From Ascoidea asiatica JCM 7603 (Eukaryota; Fungi; Ascomycota), in the NCBI GenBank assembly GCA_001600695.1, contig BCKQ01000015.1, positions 48,018 through 112,017 on the forward strand: a DNA stretch of 64,000 bases, in the 5' to 3' direction. This document shows, in pieces, positions 47,147-60,134 of the stretch (its first letter is position 1; each line of letters starts with the position of its first letter). Below the pieces are notes generated by a model. The model was not told where the DNA came from and ran no database searches. It saw nothing but the letters and a program-made list of their open reading frames with translations. A program made the position numbers and the translations under genes.

Positions 47147-48961
47147 ATGAAACAAATAGTATCAGAAATTCAAAACATAAATGTTAAAAATTTTATATTA
47201 AAATCTTCAGCTATTTTTATTAATGAAAGAACTGTTAATACCGAAAATCCTTTGAACAGATTCACTGAAAGTCAAGCGAAAATTCTTAGACATGTAGCAA
47301 TATCATCTTCTTCAATTTCAATTATTTTTGGTTTATCTGCTTTTTATTTTTGGTTTGCAATAGATCCAAGAAAAAGAGTTTTTAGACATCAATTAATTTT
47401 ATTCTTAATAATTTATGATTTTGTTAAAGCTCTTGTACTTTTATTTTATCCTGCAAGAGTTTCTTTAGTTAATAAATCTTATTATAATGATAATTTTTGT
47501 GATATTGTTGGATTTTTCACTGCAATGAGTATTGAAGGTGCTGATATTGCAATTTTAAGTTTTGCTATTCATACTGCTTTATTAATTTTTAAACCAAATA
47601 AAAAATTTAAAAATATCTCAAATAATCATCTAGAAGGTGGTTTATTTCCTTATAGATATTTTGTTTATTTATTTTCAATTTTAACTCCAATTTTTATGGC
47701 ATCATTAGCTTTTATAAATAATTCTGGTTATGAAGCTTTAACAACATGGTGTTATTTACCTGTTAGACCAAAATGGTATAGACTTGTATTATCTTGGATT
47801 CCAAGATATATAATTGTTATAATAATTTTATTGATTTATATAATAATTTATATTCATGTAATGAAAGAATTTAAAGTTATATCAAGCTTACATGATGAAA
47901 TTAATAATATTGAAAGAAAAAAATTGAAGTTTAATAAATTTTTTTTAAAAGATTTGAAAGAAATCATTGTTGATTATATAAATTATAATGAAAATGATCC
48001 AAAAAATAAAATCAATCAAAATTTTCCTCATAATCATTTTAATAATCATAATAATCTCAATACAGCTAATAGTTCCACAAATCATAATAATGATACTAAT
48101 AATAGTAATAATAATAGTAGCAATACTCAACCGACTTCTCCAACTGAAGATGATAATTATGATGAATATCAAAACAAATCGTTTGATCAAAGTGCTTCTT
48201 TATCCTCAAATAATAATATACATACTATAGTGGAAAATAATACTATCAATAATAATAATAATTATAATAATAATGGTAGTGAAAATAATTCAAATAACTT
48301 ACATAATCAAAATGATCAAAGTAATCAAAATAATAATCCATTTGGTACTTTAGAAATTCAAGAAAATATACATGAAGCTGCTTTAACTTCATTTCAAAAA
48401 AGAAGATATCAAATCAAAAAACAAATGAGAACAATTTTTATTTATCCAATATCCTATATATTTATATGGTTAGGACCTTTCGCATCACAATGTATACAAT
48501 ATGACTGGGAACTAAGACATGGACCAGTTTATTGGCTTACAATAATTTCTGCTTTTATGCAAGCATTCAATTGTACTGTTGATACAATTGTTTTTTTATA
48601 TAGAGAAAGACCTTGGAGATATACAGTAATAAAAGTTGAAGAAAAAATTAGAAATAATGGTGGCATTCCAATTCATGATTGGAGAACAAATGGTTATAAT
48701 GGTAAAGAAAAATGGAGAAAATATTTATATTGGTTACCATTATATAAGTTACCAAAAGATCAATCAAATTTTAATTATTCTAGTGAAAGTGATGAGACTT
48801 TAAATAATAATGATTCCAATATCCATCATAGAAATTCCAGTCATAATCATACCGGTGAAATTAATAATAATGGTGAAAATCAAATCGAGCAAGAAATTTT
48901 AACCAATGAAATCTATCATCTTAATGGAGATTTTAATATATCAAATGAAAATAATAATAAC

Positions 48962-48992
<31 letters not shown>

Positions 48993-50029
48993 GTAATAGT
49001 ACTAATAGTAATATAAATAATGAAAAATATAACTTATCAAATGATATAAATATTAAAAGTAATATGAATGAAAATAATAAACTAAAAAGTAAAAAAAGTA
49101 TTAAAATCAATAAAACTAATAAGAATGGTAATTCTATAATAAATAATACAAATGGTATAATATTTAATAATAAAGACCATAATTTCAATGATTTATTACA
49201 AGGTGGTCTTAATGATTTGGAATTTGTAAAACCAATAGCAGGAAAAGATTATTCAAGAACTTATTCGAAAGGTTCAAATAAAATAATAAAAGAGAAAAAA
49301 AATGGTGATTTGAATAAGTTACCAAATAGTTTTTCAGTAAGTTCAAAAAAACCGTTAATTAAATCTTTTGAAAACGATAATGACGAAAATTTTGAAAGTG
49401 AAGTTGTTGAGAAAAATAATAATAAAAGACATTCTCTATTTGATGAATTATCAATAAATGATGATAATAATTATGATAATAATGAGAATTATGATAAAAA
49501 TAATCATAAAGATACGAAATTTGAAAGAACTGAAGAAATTGAGGGAAATGAAAAAAAAGATTCAATTAGTCCGAAAAGAAATTCTAAGTTTTTTCATTGG
49601 AGAAAACATTCATTTTCATACAATTCATCAAATTCAAATTCAAATTTAAATTCACCGAATGATATTACAAGTTTCAATAATAGTATTGAAAACAATGAAA
49701 ATAATAAAGAAAATAAAAATAAGAATATGATTGGTATGGCTAAAGGTAGATCATCAACATTTTCAGAAGAAAGTAATAATGGTAATGACAATAATTCTAG
49801 ATTAATAAGTAAAAGTAAAAGAGCCTTTACAGAATCTATTTTAAATGGAAACAATGAAATTAAAAAATCAGTCCTTAATAGTTTTTCAAGAGAAAATAAA
49901 AATAAAAATAAAAGTAATAAAAATAGAAAAATAAAGGAAAACGAAAATGATAAAGATAAAGAAAATAATCATGATTATGGAATGGAGATGGACTTATTAG
50001 ATATTTTAAACAGAGGACCTCCATTATAA
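47147..50029 (+). CDS. GPR1: Glucose/nutrient-sensing GPCR (Git3/Gpr1 family)
   Basis: 7 TM pattern; RKRVFRHQLI, WCYLPVRPKWYRLVLSWIPRY, QMRTIFIYP, FLYRERPW; long Asn-rich third loop and tail. Confidence 0.95.
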
Positions 50030-52147
50030 AAATTTTTATCCTTTTTTTATTTTATATTGAATTTTTTTTCTTTTTCTTGTATCTTAATTTCTCTACTTTA
50101 AAATTTCTATTTCTATTTCTATTATACTTTTGTCATATTTTTATTCATGTGTTTTATATATTTTTTCTTAATATTCTTTGAAATCATCCTTAATTATTCT
50201 TTAGATTTTCTTCATTTGTCTTATCATTTTCTTTTCTTAGTACAATTAATATTGTCTTAGCAGTTGTTCATTAATTCTATCACATCCTTCTTACAGTAAT
50301 GTTGGTTATCAAAACACTTTTAATTTTTCTTTATACACTGTTTACATATTCCTAATTTTTCATTAATTGATTTAAAGCATCTTTGAGTCAAATGCCAATG
50401 GGCGAAATCGAACAAGCAACAAAACGAAAAAAAAATTAAAAATAAACTTGAAAATTTTTCAAGTAATAATGCAAGTTCAAGTTAAGTTTTGCCATATGAC
50501 CTATACCCCTTTGAAAACCGGAAGATTTCTTTCCCAATAAGAATGGGTGGTGCCCCAGCCACATGTAAACATGAAATGGGGAATGATTTCGGTGTACAAT
50601 AAAATAATATTCTTTATAGTACAGTTTTCCACTTTGAGTTAAACCTAAAACAATTGACGGTAATTTTTTTAAATCCGACACGTTGTTTGATAGTTTTTTT
50701 TTTTGCGTGTCGGAGTCTAGGATTTTTTGTGACTTTTGAACCAGAACGGAAAAACTTCACATAATGAGTGGGGCAATGAAGACAAATAAATTGAAGTCAC
50801 GCATTGAAAACATGAAATTGTCCCAAGGAAGGTAAAAGCAGCGATTTTCTGTGTGCTTATAAACCAGGTTTGCTTGAAAGAACTATTAGGGCAGACTATG
50901 TCCTAGATACTGGTTTTCTACTGAAGCAATATTCAATTATTTATTCCAATTATTCAGATTATTCATATTTCTAGAAAGATCATTTCCCCCAAGTTTTTCC
51001 TTCTTTTATTCTAAACTTATTTCGTGGGTACGTGGGCATGTTGAACAAGCTCTGTTGATTATATTCTTTTATGCTGCTTCAATTTAAACCAATTGTCACA
51101 AATATCGAATCAAATTAGATAATTTTCTTGTTTCGGTGATTATGCTTTAAAAGAAAGGCAGCAAAGGCTCGCACTCCGATATTTAGTTACTAATTGATTC
51201 ATTTTTGTTCATTTTTTCAAAGTAATTGATAAAATTCAAATTCGTTTTTTTTGTTGAATTCAGTTTTTATCCCAATTCTGACAATTTGCAGTTTTCGTTG
51301 TCCATTTACAGCTATTTATTTGTTTCAAGTTTCCAATATTGGATTTGGATTCCATATTGCCCTTCCGTACGCTACAAAAAAAAAGGTTGAACTTTTTTTG
51401 CATACTTTCGGTTTTCCAAACTCGTTCTTTTTTAATCATCTTTTTTTATATTGAAAAGATTGAATTGATATTATCAAAAGACAATTAAAAAAGAGCATAT
51501 CTAATATTGAATTGACGTTTGATATGGCTTTAACATCTGTCAACAGCTGACATTAAATTTATTCAACTTTATTGGCAAATAAAACTTCTATTTTTCATTT
51601 TCATCAAATTTGTAAATAATTTCAATGGAATGAAATAGAAAATTAATATTCAAGTTATTCAATCTTCAATTTAAATTGATCTAATAACTTTAATCTTCTT
51701 AACAGTTACATCTTCTGATAACATGACTGTTTCTCATGTTGGATTGTAAACTCTGTAGCTTTACTTCAGTAGATAGCATTGCTGGTGATGTATTAATACT
51801 ATTCATGCGTGATGGTACTTTAAATAACAATTTAACAGATAGATGTGAGATGGATGGCTTGAATTTTGAATTATCAAAAGATGGAGTTCCATTAGAAATT
51901 TCAATTATTCCATAAATGATTTATATAAAAAGACAAATTTATCTTTGTATTTTGTATATTTGATTATTTCTTTTTAATAAACATTTCAATTTAAAATATA
52001 ATACATTAAATTACTACTGATTTAATATTATTATTCCTTAAAAATATCAAGAAACTTAAAATAGTCAATAATTTAATTTAACTTATTTTAGTTTAAATAT
52101 ATAACTACAATATTATAATACCAAATAAATACAATTATAAAATAAAA

Positions 52148-53215
52148 ATGGTTGAATATAACGAAACTTTTGTTATTCCAGAAACTCAAAAAGCAATTGT
52201 TTTTGAAACGAATGGTGGTCCATTAGAATATAAAAGAATTCCAGTTCCAGAACCAAAACCAAGTGAAATTTTAATTCATGTTTTATATTCAGGTATTTGT
52301 CATACTGATTTACATGCTTGGAAAGGTGATTGGCCTTTAGATACTAAATTACCTTTAGTTGGAGGTCATGAAGGTGCAGGAATTGTTGTAAAATTAGGTT
52401 CTGAAGTAAAAAATTTTAAAATTGGTGATTATGCTGGTATTAAATGGCTTAATGGTTCATGTATGGCTTGTGAATTATGTGAAAAAGGTTTTGAATCAAA
52501 TTGTTTAAAACAAGATTTATCTGGTTATACTCATGATGGTTCATTCCAAGAATATGCAACTGCAGACGCTGTACAAGCTGCAATGATTCCTCAAGGAACT
52601 GATTTAGCTGAAATTGCTCCAATATTATGTGCAGGTGTTACTGTTTATAAAGCAATTAAATCTGCTGATGTTAAATCTGGTGATTGGTTATGCATTTCCG
52701 GTTGTGGTGGTGGTTTAGGAACTTTAGCTATTCAATATGCAAAAGCAATGGGTTTAAGAGTTGTTGGTATTGATGGTGGTGAAGCAAAAGAAGCACTTTG
52801 TAAAAAATTAGGTTGTGAAGTTTATGTTGATTTCATGAAAGTTAAAGATGTTAATAGTGAAATTGTTAAAATTACTAATGGTGGTCCACATGCTGTTATT
52901 AATGTTTCAGTTTCTCAAGCTGCAATTAAATCTTCTGTACAATATGTTAGACCATGTGGTACAGTTGTTTTAGTTGGTTTACCAGCTGGTGCAATTTGTG
53001 AATCTGAAGTTTTTTCACAAGTAGTTAAATCTGTTAAAATTGTTGGTTCATATGTTGGTAATAGAGCTGATACAAGAGAAGCAATTGATTTCTTTGTAAG
53101 AGGTTTAGTTAGATCTCCAATCCAAATTATAGGCTTATCTGAATTACCAAGAGTTTACGAAGAAATGGAAAGTGGTAAAATTATTGGTCGTTATGTTGCT
53201 GATACTTCTAAATAG
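52148..53215 (+). CDS. Zn-dependent alcohol dehydrogenase, yeast ADH1/2/3 family; paralog identity uncertain
   Basis: [22 protein letters not shown], structural Zn cysteines, [13 protein letters not shown]; TATATAAAA near 51923; no clear mitochondrial presequence. Confidence 0.95.
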   Translation: MVEYNETFVIPETQKAIVFETNGGPLEYKRIPVPEPKPSEILIHVLYSGICHTDLHAWKGDWPLDTKLPLVGGHEGAGIVVKLGSEVKNFKIGDYAGIKWLNGSCMACELCEKGFESNCLKQDLSGYTHDGSFQEYATADAVQAAMIPQGTDLAEIAPILCAGVTVYKAIKSADVKSGDWLCISGCGGGLGTLAIQYAKAMGLRVVGIDGGEAKEALCKKLGCEVYVDFMKVKDVNSEIVKITNGGPHAVINVSVSQAAIKSSVQYVRPCGTVVLVGLPAGAICESEVFSQVVKSVKIVGSYVGNRADTREAIDFFVRGLVRSPIQIIGLSELPRVYEEMESGKIIGRYVADTSK

Positions 53216-53349
53216 ATTTTTGTTCTTATTTATTTATTTCGTTATGTCACTTATGATTGTTTTTATCTCTTATTTTCTTTTTTAATCTTTTAGTATAAAA
53301 ATTTTGCCTTGAATAAATTTCTCTTACTATTTTAACGACAATTTTTAAA

Positions 53350-53392
53350 AAAACTACTTTTTGGTTCTTTTGAGTCCATAAAAAGTAGTTTT
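53350..53392. repeat. Perfect 13-bp inverted repeat with 17-nt spacer, 3' of ADH
   Basis: AAAACTACTTTTT (53350-53362) and AAAAAGTAGTTTT (53380-53392). Confidence 0.8.
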
Positions 53393-54329
53393 GCCACCAG
53401 TTTTATGATTACTTAACGTTAACAAAAAAGGCGCATTTACGTAATCCTCTATTTCCGGAGCACGGTTTTTAAAATAAAACTGTAAAAAAAAACATCCGTT
53501 TTCATCCGCATATATCCGCCCTTTATATCCGTGAAATTCTTCAAAAATACTGAAATTTCACTCAGTTAAAAGATTCAACATTTTTCACTCAATCTTTTGA
53601 AACATTAATTGATTTCTGTAGTTTATTTCATTATTTGAAATGAATTGAGATTGAATATTAAATGAATTTCTGGTATCTTGGTAAAGTACAGTGGTAAAAT
53701 TGCAGGGTTGACTTCTCCATATTTCTTTTATAGTTTGCAGGGTAAAATATTCCACTACGTAAATTAGAAGTCAAAAAGTGGCTTAAAGTTTCTAAATTTT
53801 TTAAAATAAATAATCTCTTTAACATTACCCAAAACCAATTAACTTTTATGAAATAAAAAGTTAGATTGCACAATAAGTATTCTATCTTTTTTTTTTTTGA
53901 TGTTATGTGTTTTTCACCAAAGAATGGAACATTACAATAAACTATGAAATATGTTGAACTTCAATATCTTTCTTTGTTGCTTATTTTTATTCGCACATTG
54001 CAAAACTAATTGAAATGGAATAATTTAATTTGTTGATCTTTACTGTAGAATAACTTTTTAATCCGATAACCTTACCGTACACAATTTGAATACCATGAAA
54101 TGAAACATAACAGCCTTGGTATTTCTATAGCACTATACGTTGTACGATTTTAAAATAATTAAAATCAAGCATATAAAATAGTTGAAAGTTCCAATTCAAT
54201 TCAATTCAATTCTTGTTTTCTTTTTTCTTTTATTTGAATTAAAACCTTTCTTTTTTTTTTTTTTTTTTATCTATTAAACTGCAGTCTATTAATACTAAAG
54301 TTAAACTAAAAAGCTAATATATTCAAGAA

Positions 54330-55138
54330 ATGGATTATCAAACTGTAAGTAAAATACATTTTTGTATTAATACAAAAAAAGTTTTAAAAAGTTTATATTC
54401 TGTTTACTAATTTTTTTTTTGTTTTCTAAAATTTGAAATCAGAGAGAATATGGATCTGGAAATGGAGGTGAATTTACAGAAGTTGAAATTTTGAATGGTA
54501 CAAGAGAAATCAAAGTATATTATAATCCAGGATGGGTTTTAAGTGGAATTGAGTTTATTTATGGTAATGAAGATTCCACAATTTATGGAAATAGAAATGG
54601 TGAAGAGTGTAATTCATTTGAATTAAATGACGATGAATTCATAAATGAAATTGAAATTAATTCAGGAGATTTAATTGATGGTATTAAATTTTTTACAAAT
54701 GAAGGTAATGAATCCGATTTTTTTGGTGAAAGAAATGGTCAAGATCATAGAATTGAATTAGGAGGACCTATTAATAAATTATTTGGTAGAATTGGAAGTT
54801 TTATTAATTCTATTGGTTTCAGTTCAGTTACAATTGATGCAGGATTAATTGGTGATAGAATTGAAAATAAAATTTCAAATGAATATAATGATACAAAAAA
54901 TTCAATTCAACAAAATTATAATAGAGTAGATAATTACATTGATCAAGAAGAAAATGAAGTTTATCAAAATTATCAAAGAGTTGAAAATAATGTTGAAAAT
55001 GCTTACGAAAATACAGAAGATGCAGTTGAAAATACTTACAATAATGTTGAAAACAAAGTTGAAGATGAAGTTTATGAAGAATATCAAGAAAGTGACACTT
55101 ATCGAACATTTGAAGCTATTAAAAATGCATTTGATTGA
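54330..55138 (+). CDS. Cytosolic jacalin-like (beta-prism I) lectin with C-terminal 11-mer helical repeat; exons 54330-54344 and 54443-55138, 98-nt intron, 236 aa
   Basis: Spliced N-terminus MDYQT|REYGSGNGGEF; FELNDDEFINEIEINSGDLIDGIKFFTNEG and LFGRIGSFINSIGF follow the jacalin pattern. Donor GTAAGT, branch TACTAAT 54405-54411, acceptor CAG. Confidence 0.82.
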
Positions 55139-55315
55139 ATTAATTGTTTTTTTTTTCTTTCTTTCTCTATAATTTAGTTATATCTCTCTAAATTATACCC
55201 TTTCATTATTTATAAAACATACACACTTAATTCCAAAAAAAAAACAGATTAAATATAGCTGATAAACTATATCGATATAAAAACGTAAAAAAGAATATGC
55301 AGATGAAAATTTAAA

Positions 55316-55387
55316 TTCCGATACCGGGAGTCGAACCCGGGTCTCCTCGGTGAAAGCGAGGTATGATCACCGTTACACTATATCGGA
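55316..55387 (-). tRNA. tRNA-Glu(UUC)
   Basis: TCCGATA/TATCGGA acceptor, anticodon arm CCTCG-CT TTC AC-CGAGG context, GGTTCGACTCC B-box. Confidence 0.95.
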
Positions 55388-55702
55388 ATTAGATGTTTTT
55401 TAGAAAGAAAAAATGAAAAATGTACCAACAAAAATCTATAAATAGTTTTGCTTTGGAATGCATTAGAAGAGCGTGGAATGCATTGTACCGCGGTTGATTT
55501 TTTCCCGTGAAAAAAAAAAAAAAAAATAAAAAATAAATTCAAAAATTATTTATTTTTTGGGGGTTTCACTTTTAACTAACTGTCAGACTTGAATTGAATA
55601 AGAAAGTTCAAATTACTTTAATGAGATTGATTATATCATATTGAAACTGAATGAGTAAATTGTTCTAGGAATTAAACACTTATAATTGGAATTCTAAAGA
55701 AT

Positions 55703-57340
55703 ATGGGTGAAATAAATGAAATGAATAAAGATAAAATACTAGATTTCACTAATTGGCTAATTGAAAATAATGTGAAATTATCATCAAAAATAAAGATTTT
55801 TGATTTTGAACATATACAAAACAATAATGAAGATGAAAAAATTAATAAACAAAATGGATTTGGAATAGGGTTGATTGCAATTGAAGATATTGATGAAGAT
55901 GAAATATTATTTAATATACCAAAAAAAATAATATTGAATATAGATACATCTGAATTATGCAAACTAAATAATAATGAAAATAAAACAAAATTACAAAAAA
56001 ATTATTCAAATTGGGAAAGTTTAATAATATGTTTAATCTATGAATATAAATTGAAAGAAAAAAGTAAATGGTTCAATTATTTTAAATTATTACCATTTAA
56101 TAAAATCGAACATTTTAATAGATTTCCAATATTTTGGAATGAAAATGAATTAAATCTTTTAAAGCCATCATTGGTTTTAAATAGAATTGGTAAAACACAA
56201 AGTGAAGAAATGTATAGTAAATTATTTCCAAGTTGCTTGAAAGATTTAGGAATTGAATATTTGAAAGATGAAATTAATTTTAATTTATTTAATAAAGTTG
56301 CTACAATTATTATGTCTTATTCTTTTGATATTGATGCAAATGAAGAAAATGATGAAGAAAATGATGAGCAAAATGATGAAGATGAGTATTTAGAAGATTA
56401 CAAAAATAACTTAAATTTATCATCAAGGAAATCAATGATTTGTGTTGCAGATTTATTGAATGCTGATACTAGATTAGTTAATTCCAATTTAATTTACAAT
56501 AAAGATGAATTAATAATGAAGTCAATTAAAAAAATTAATAAAAATAATCAAATATTCAATACATATGGAGATTATCCAAATAGTGAAATTTTAAGAAGAT
56601 ACGGATATATTGAGAATAAATCATCAAAATATGAAATTGGAGAGATTGAATTAAGTTCAATAAAAAAGTATTTTTTAAACTTAAATGAATCTATAATTAC
56701 TAATGATTATTTTGATAAATTATTTGAATTTATTGAAAATTGTGATTTAGATGAATTTGTTGATGAAAATATTATAATGGATAGTTATGATTTGATAAAT
56801 ATAAATACAAATTTAAACGAAAATGAAGAAATTGATGATGATGATGAAGAATTGGAGAATCCATTTTCGATTGAATTAATTTTTATTATTCAATTATTAA
56901 CAACATTAACTATCATAATTAAAGAATATGATTCTAATTATAAAGAATTGAATTCAATTAAATGCAATAGATTATCAAAAAAAGTCTATCAATTGATTGA
57001 AATGAATAAAATAACAAAAGAAAGCAAAGTCAATATTAAAAAAATTTTGAATAATAGAATTAATGAATATCCAAAGGAAATTATTGAATTATATAATAAT
57101 GAAGAAAAAATCAAAGAAGTTAATCAATTTGATAAAAAAGAAGTTAGTAATATTGTTAAGCATAATGAAGTTAAAACAATTAAATCGTGTTTGGAGTTAA
57201 TTGATTCTGATTCTTTCACATATAAAACCATTGATGATTCAAAACTAATAAGAAATATTATAAAATCTAAACGTTCAAATGATCATCCCATTGAGAAATC
57301 AAACAAAAATGAAAATTCCCCTAAGAAAATGAAAAAATAG
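55703..57340 (+). CDS. RKM4: SET-domain ribosomal lysine methyltransferase (Rkm4/SETD6-like)
   Basis: ATIIMSYSFD, ADLLNAD, QIFNTYGDYPNSEILRRYGY. Confidence 0.88.
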   Translation: MGEINEMNKDKILDFTNWLIENNVKLSSKIKIFDFEHIQNNNEDEKINKQNGFGIGLIAIEDIDEDEILFNIPKKIILNIDTSELCKLNNNENKTKLQKNYSNWESLIICLIYEYKLKEKSKWFNYFKLLPFNKIEHFNRFPIFWNENELNLLKPSLVLNRIGKTQSEEMYSKLFPSCLKDLGIEYLKDEINFNLFNKVATIIMSYSFDIDANEENDEENDEQNDEDEYLEDYKNNLNLSSRKSMICVADLLNADTRLVNSNLIYNKDELIMKSIKKINKNNQIFNTYGDYPNSEILRRYGYIENKSSKYEIGEIELSSIKKYFLNLNESIITNDYFDKLFEFIENCDLDEFVDENIIMDSYDLININTNLNENEEIDDDDEELENPFSIELIFIIQLLTTLTIIIKEYDSNYKELNSIKCNRLSKKVYQLIEMNKITKESKVNIKKILNNRINEYPKEIIELYNNEEKIKEVNQFDKKEVSNIVKHNEVKTIKSCLELIDSDSFTYKTIDDSKLIRNIIKSKRSNDHPIEKSNKNENSPKKMKK

Positions 57341-57537
57341 AGAAATTCCAGAAACTTATCCAAAAACACTAATTGCAGTAACTTTATATATAATTTAAAT
57401 GAATATTCGAATGAATGCTTTAAATAAAATAAAAGTCTTTAACCAAAAGAAACCAATGATGCGGTTTTTCTTTCCGGAATGGGAAATATAGGACCCTTTT
57501 TTTCTTTTATATCATTTTAGACTTTTTCATCAAACCA

Positions 57538-57609
57538 AGCGTCGTGGCGCAGTGGAAGCGCACAGGGCTCATAACCCTGGGGTCGTTGGATCGAAACCAA
57601 CCGACGCTA
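57538..57609 (+). tRNA. Initiator tRNA-Met(CAU)
   Basis: A1:U72 pair, three G:C pairs in the anticodon stem, ATCGAAA T-loop, long T terminator. Confidence 0.97.
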
Positions 57610-57945
57610 GCTTTTTTTTTTCTCTTTTATTTTATTACTTTTTATTTTTTTTGTGTTATTTTTTATACTGTTTTAGTATATGGAAATATTTAGAAAATGT
57701 TTATGTCTTTTCTTATAGAAAAAAAAGGAAATTTGATATAGTTATATTGATTAAGTATTGATGAAAACGTTGAGATTCAAGTCCCCTTATATCTCAGTCT
57801 GCTTTTCTACAAATCAAAAAGAAGTTTCAAAGTAACATCATAATATAATTATAAAAAAAGAAAGATAAAATTAAAATATAGCTTGAGATAAATTAAGAAA
57901 ATAAGCTAGCTATAAAGAAGTCAAAAATGAAGCTTTCAGTGAAAC

Positions 57946-59046
57946 TTAACATGAAGCAGCTGAACCAGATGGAATACCAGAACATGTCTTTTTAGTTTTA
58001 CCACCAGTAATAGAAACACCAGACCAAGTCCAATCAGAAGCACCTTTAACTAATATATAAATTGGTTGTGCACTACTGTCAACTGAACCAGTAACATTTT
58101 CAATAGTTAAATCAGTAATTGGAACACCAGAAGTTGCAGTACCAGTTGGAGAACCATTTTCATAATCACCTTCAATAACAATACCATATTTAGCAATTCC
58201 ACTTAAAGTAATATCTTTATATGAAACTCCAGATACACTACCAGTTGCACCATAAACAGTTTTAATTCTAACACCATTATCAGAATTTGAAATACTACAA
58301 CTTTCAACTTGAACATTTTTAACAACATTATCACTTCTACCACCAACAGATCCAATAGAAATACCATGACCACCAGAACATGTATTACCAGAGAAATAAA
58401 TATCGGTACCAGAATTAACTGCTAAGCAATCATCTTGATTTGTAATAACTGAATTAGTAATATGAATATTAGATGAAGATCCAACATCAAAAGCATCAGT
58501 ATTATGACCTAAAGAAGATCCAGCAGAATTATCAAGTGTAATACTATCAAGATATAAATCAGAAGAAGAATTAATTGAAAAACATTGAACTGGAGAATTT
58601 TTAATTTTTAAACCAGAAATTTTTGAATTTGATTTTAAACCATGTAAAGCAATAAATTTTGGTTTTGTAACACCACCATTAGAACCTTTACCATCCCAAT
58701 AAAGCTGACCATTACCATTAATTGAATGACCAGAAGCACCAGTTACTTTAATTCCACTACCGGAAATTGAAATTAATGGACCTTCCCATAAAGATTTTGA
58801 AAAAGAAGTTGCACCTTCAAAAGTAACAGTTGTACCAGTATTAAGACCAGTTAAATCTAATGTTTCTCCACCAGGAACAGTAACTGCATCAATAATAATA
58901 TTAGAACAAGAAGATTTGATTGTTTTTAAAGAACTAAAATTTGATGTTGTAACTGTACAAGAATCACGTTTATCTAAAGGAGAAGAATTAACAAAAGCAG
59001 ATAAAACTGCTAATAAAGTAGCAATTGAACCGAAAGAGAATTGCAT
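57946..59046 (-). CDS. PGU1: Secreted endopolygalacturonase (GH28)
   Basis: Signal peptide, Kex2 site SPLDKR, catalytic motifs NTD, QDD, GHG and RIK. Confidence 0.95.
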   Translation of the reverse strand: MQFSFGSIATLLAVLSAFVNSSPLDKRDSCTVTTSNFSSLKTIKSSCSNIIIDAVTVPGGETLDLTGLNTGTTVTFEGATSFSKSLWEGPLISISGSGIKVTGASGHSINGNGQLYWDGKGSNGGVTKPKFIALHGLKSNSKISGLKIKNSPVQCFSINSSSDLYLDSITLDNSAGSSLGHNTDAFDVGSSSNIHITNSVITNQDDCLAVNSGTDIYFSGNTCSGGHGISIGSVGGRSDNVVKNVQVESCSISNSDNGVRIKTVYGATGSVSGVSYKDITLSGIAKYGIVIEGDYENGSPTGTATSGVPITDLTIENVTGSVDSSAQPIYILVKGASDWTWSGVSITGGKTKKTCSGIPSGSAASC

Positions 59047-60134
59047 TTTTTATTATTTTGTTTTTGTTTTGAAATTAAGTCAGTTTAAAAAGAGGGACAA
59101 GTAAATAGTTATAATAGAATTATTTTAATGAGGAGGATAATAGTTTTAAATTATTTGAAGAAAAACAAGAAATAAGCTATAGGAAATTCTTCTCTTTTTA
59201 TATTAATTATTCATAAAAAAATTTAAGTTAAAATCATCATATTCAATTTGATTTAATTGAAAATATTCAAAGAAATAGTCCATTTAAACAAAGTTAAAAA
59301 AAAATTTATCCCTTTACTGATATTAATGGCAATATTTTAATTAAATAAACTTAGGCAATTTATGATTAAAAGTAAAACAAGAATCAATAGATTGAAATAA
59401 AAAAAGCTTTTAAAAAAACGGGGCTTTTATGAAAATTAAGAGTTCTTTATAATATAATTTACTTTTAATAATACCATTTGTTTGGATGTTCTCATAATTT
59501 TTATGAAGATTTTCAAAGATAATCAAAAAAAGACAAAAAGCTTGATTTCAAAAGCTTGATTAAAGTTTTAAAAACTACAATAAAATTATTGAAAATTGCC
59601 CAAACTTATTTAATGATTCTAATCAGTTAATTTACTATCAAATAATAAAATAAAAGCTTTTTTTTCTTTGAAAATCATTTAAGTTCACTTTACTTCTCAA
59701 ATTTAAATCTTAAAATTGATTCTAGAATTCATTTCTGTTTGTTTTTGCTTTACTGAAGAATGTTCTCTTTAAGTAATGAAAATTTAATATTGATAATAAA
59801 TGAAAGATCAATTTTCTCCATTTTCAAAACCAATTAAAAGCTTTAAGACTTGAAAGTTATAACTTTTATTTGTATCTTTTATTTCAAAGAGATAAATAGA
59901 ATGGTCTCTAAACGAAAGAACCAACTGAGAAACATTTCAAATTGATTCAGATTCTACAAGGGAATATATTTTTTCTGTTTTTGATTTCTTCCTGTATGGA
60001 ATGCCATTTCTCATTGTTTAAGATGATAATAAATAACAATCACTTTGCTCTCATGAAAAGATCGTCGATTGTTGCAGAGAATTTTTACAAACAAAAATAA
60101 AATAAATAAAAACTGAAAAGGGGAAAAACATACA

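Noticed and set aside
1534-55962. Many short antisense or alternate-frame ORFs (e.g. 1534-1914, 7395-7685, 33393-38399, 47945-49854, 54828-55172)
   Set aside because: Shadows of real genes and AAT-type repeats; mostly non-ATG starts and no motifs.
57552-57761. ORFs overlapping tRNA-iMet and tRNA-Gly (30107-30331)
   Set aside because: GTG/TTG starts on the tRNA strand followed by T-rich terminator sequence; no coding signal.
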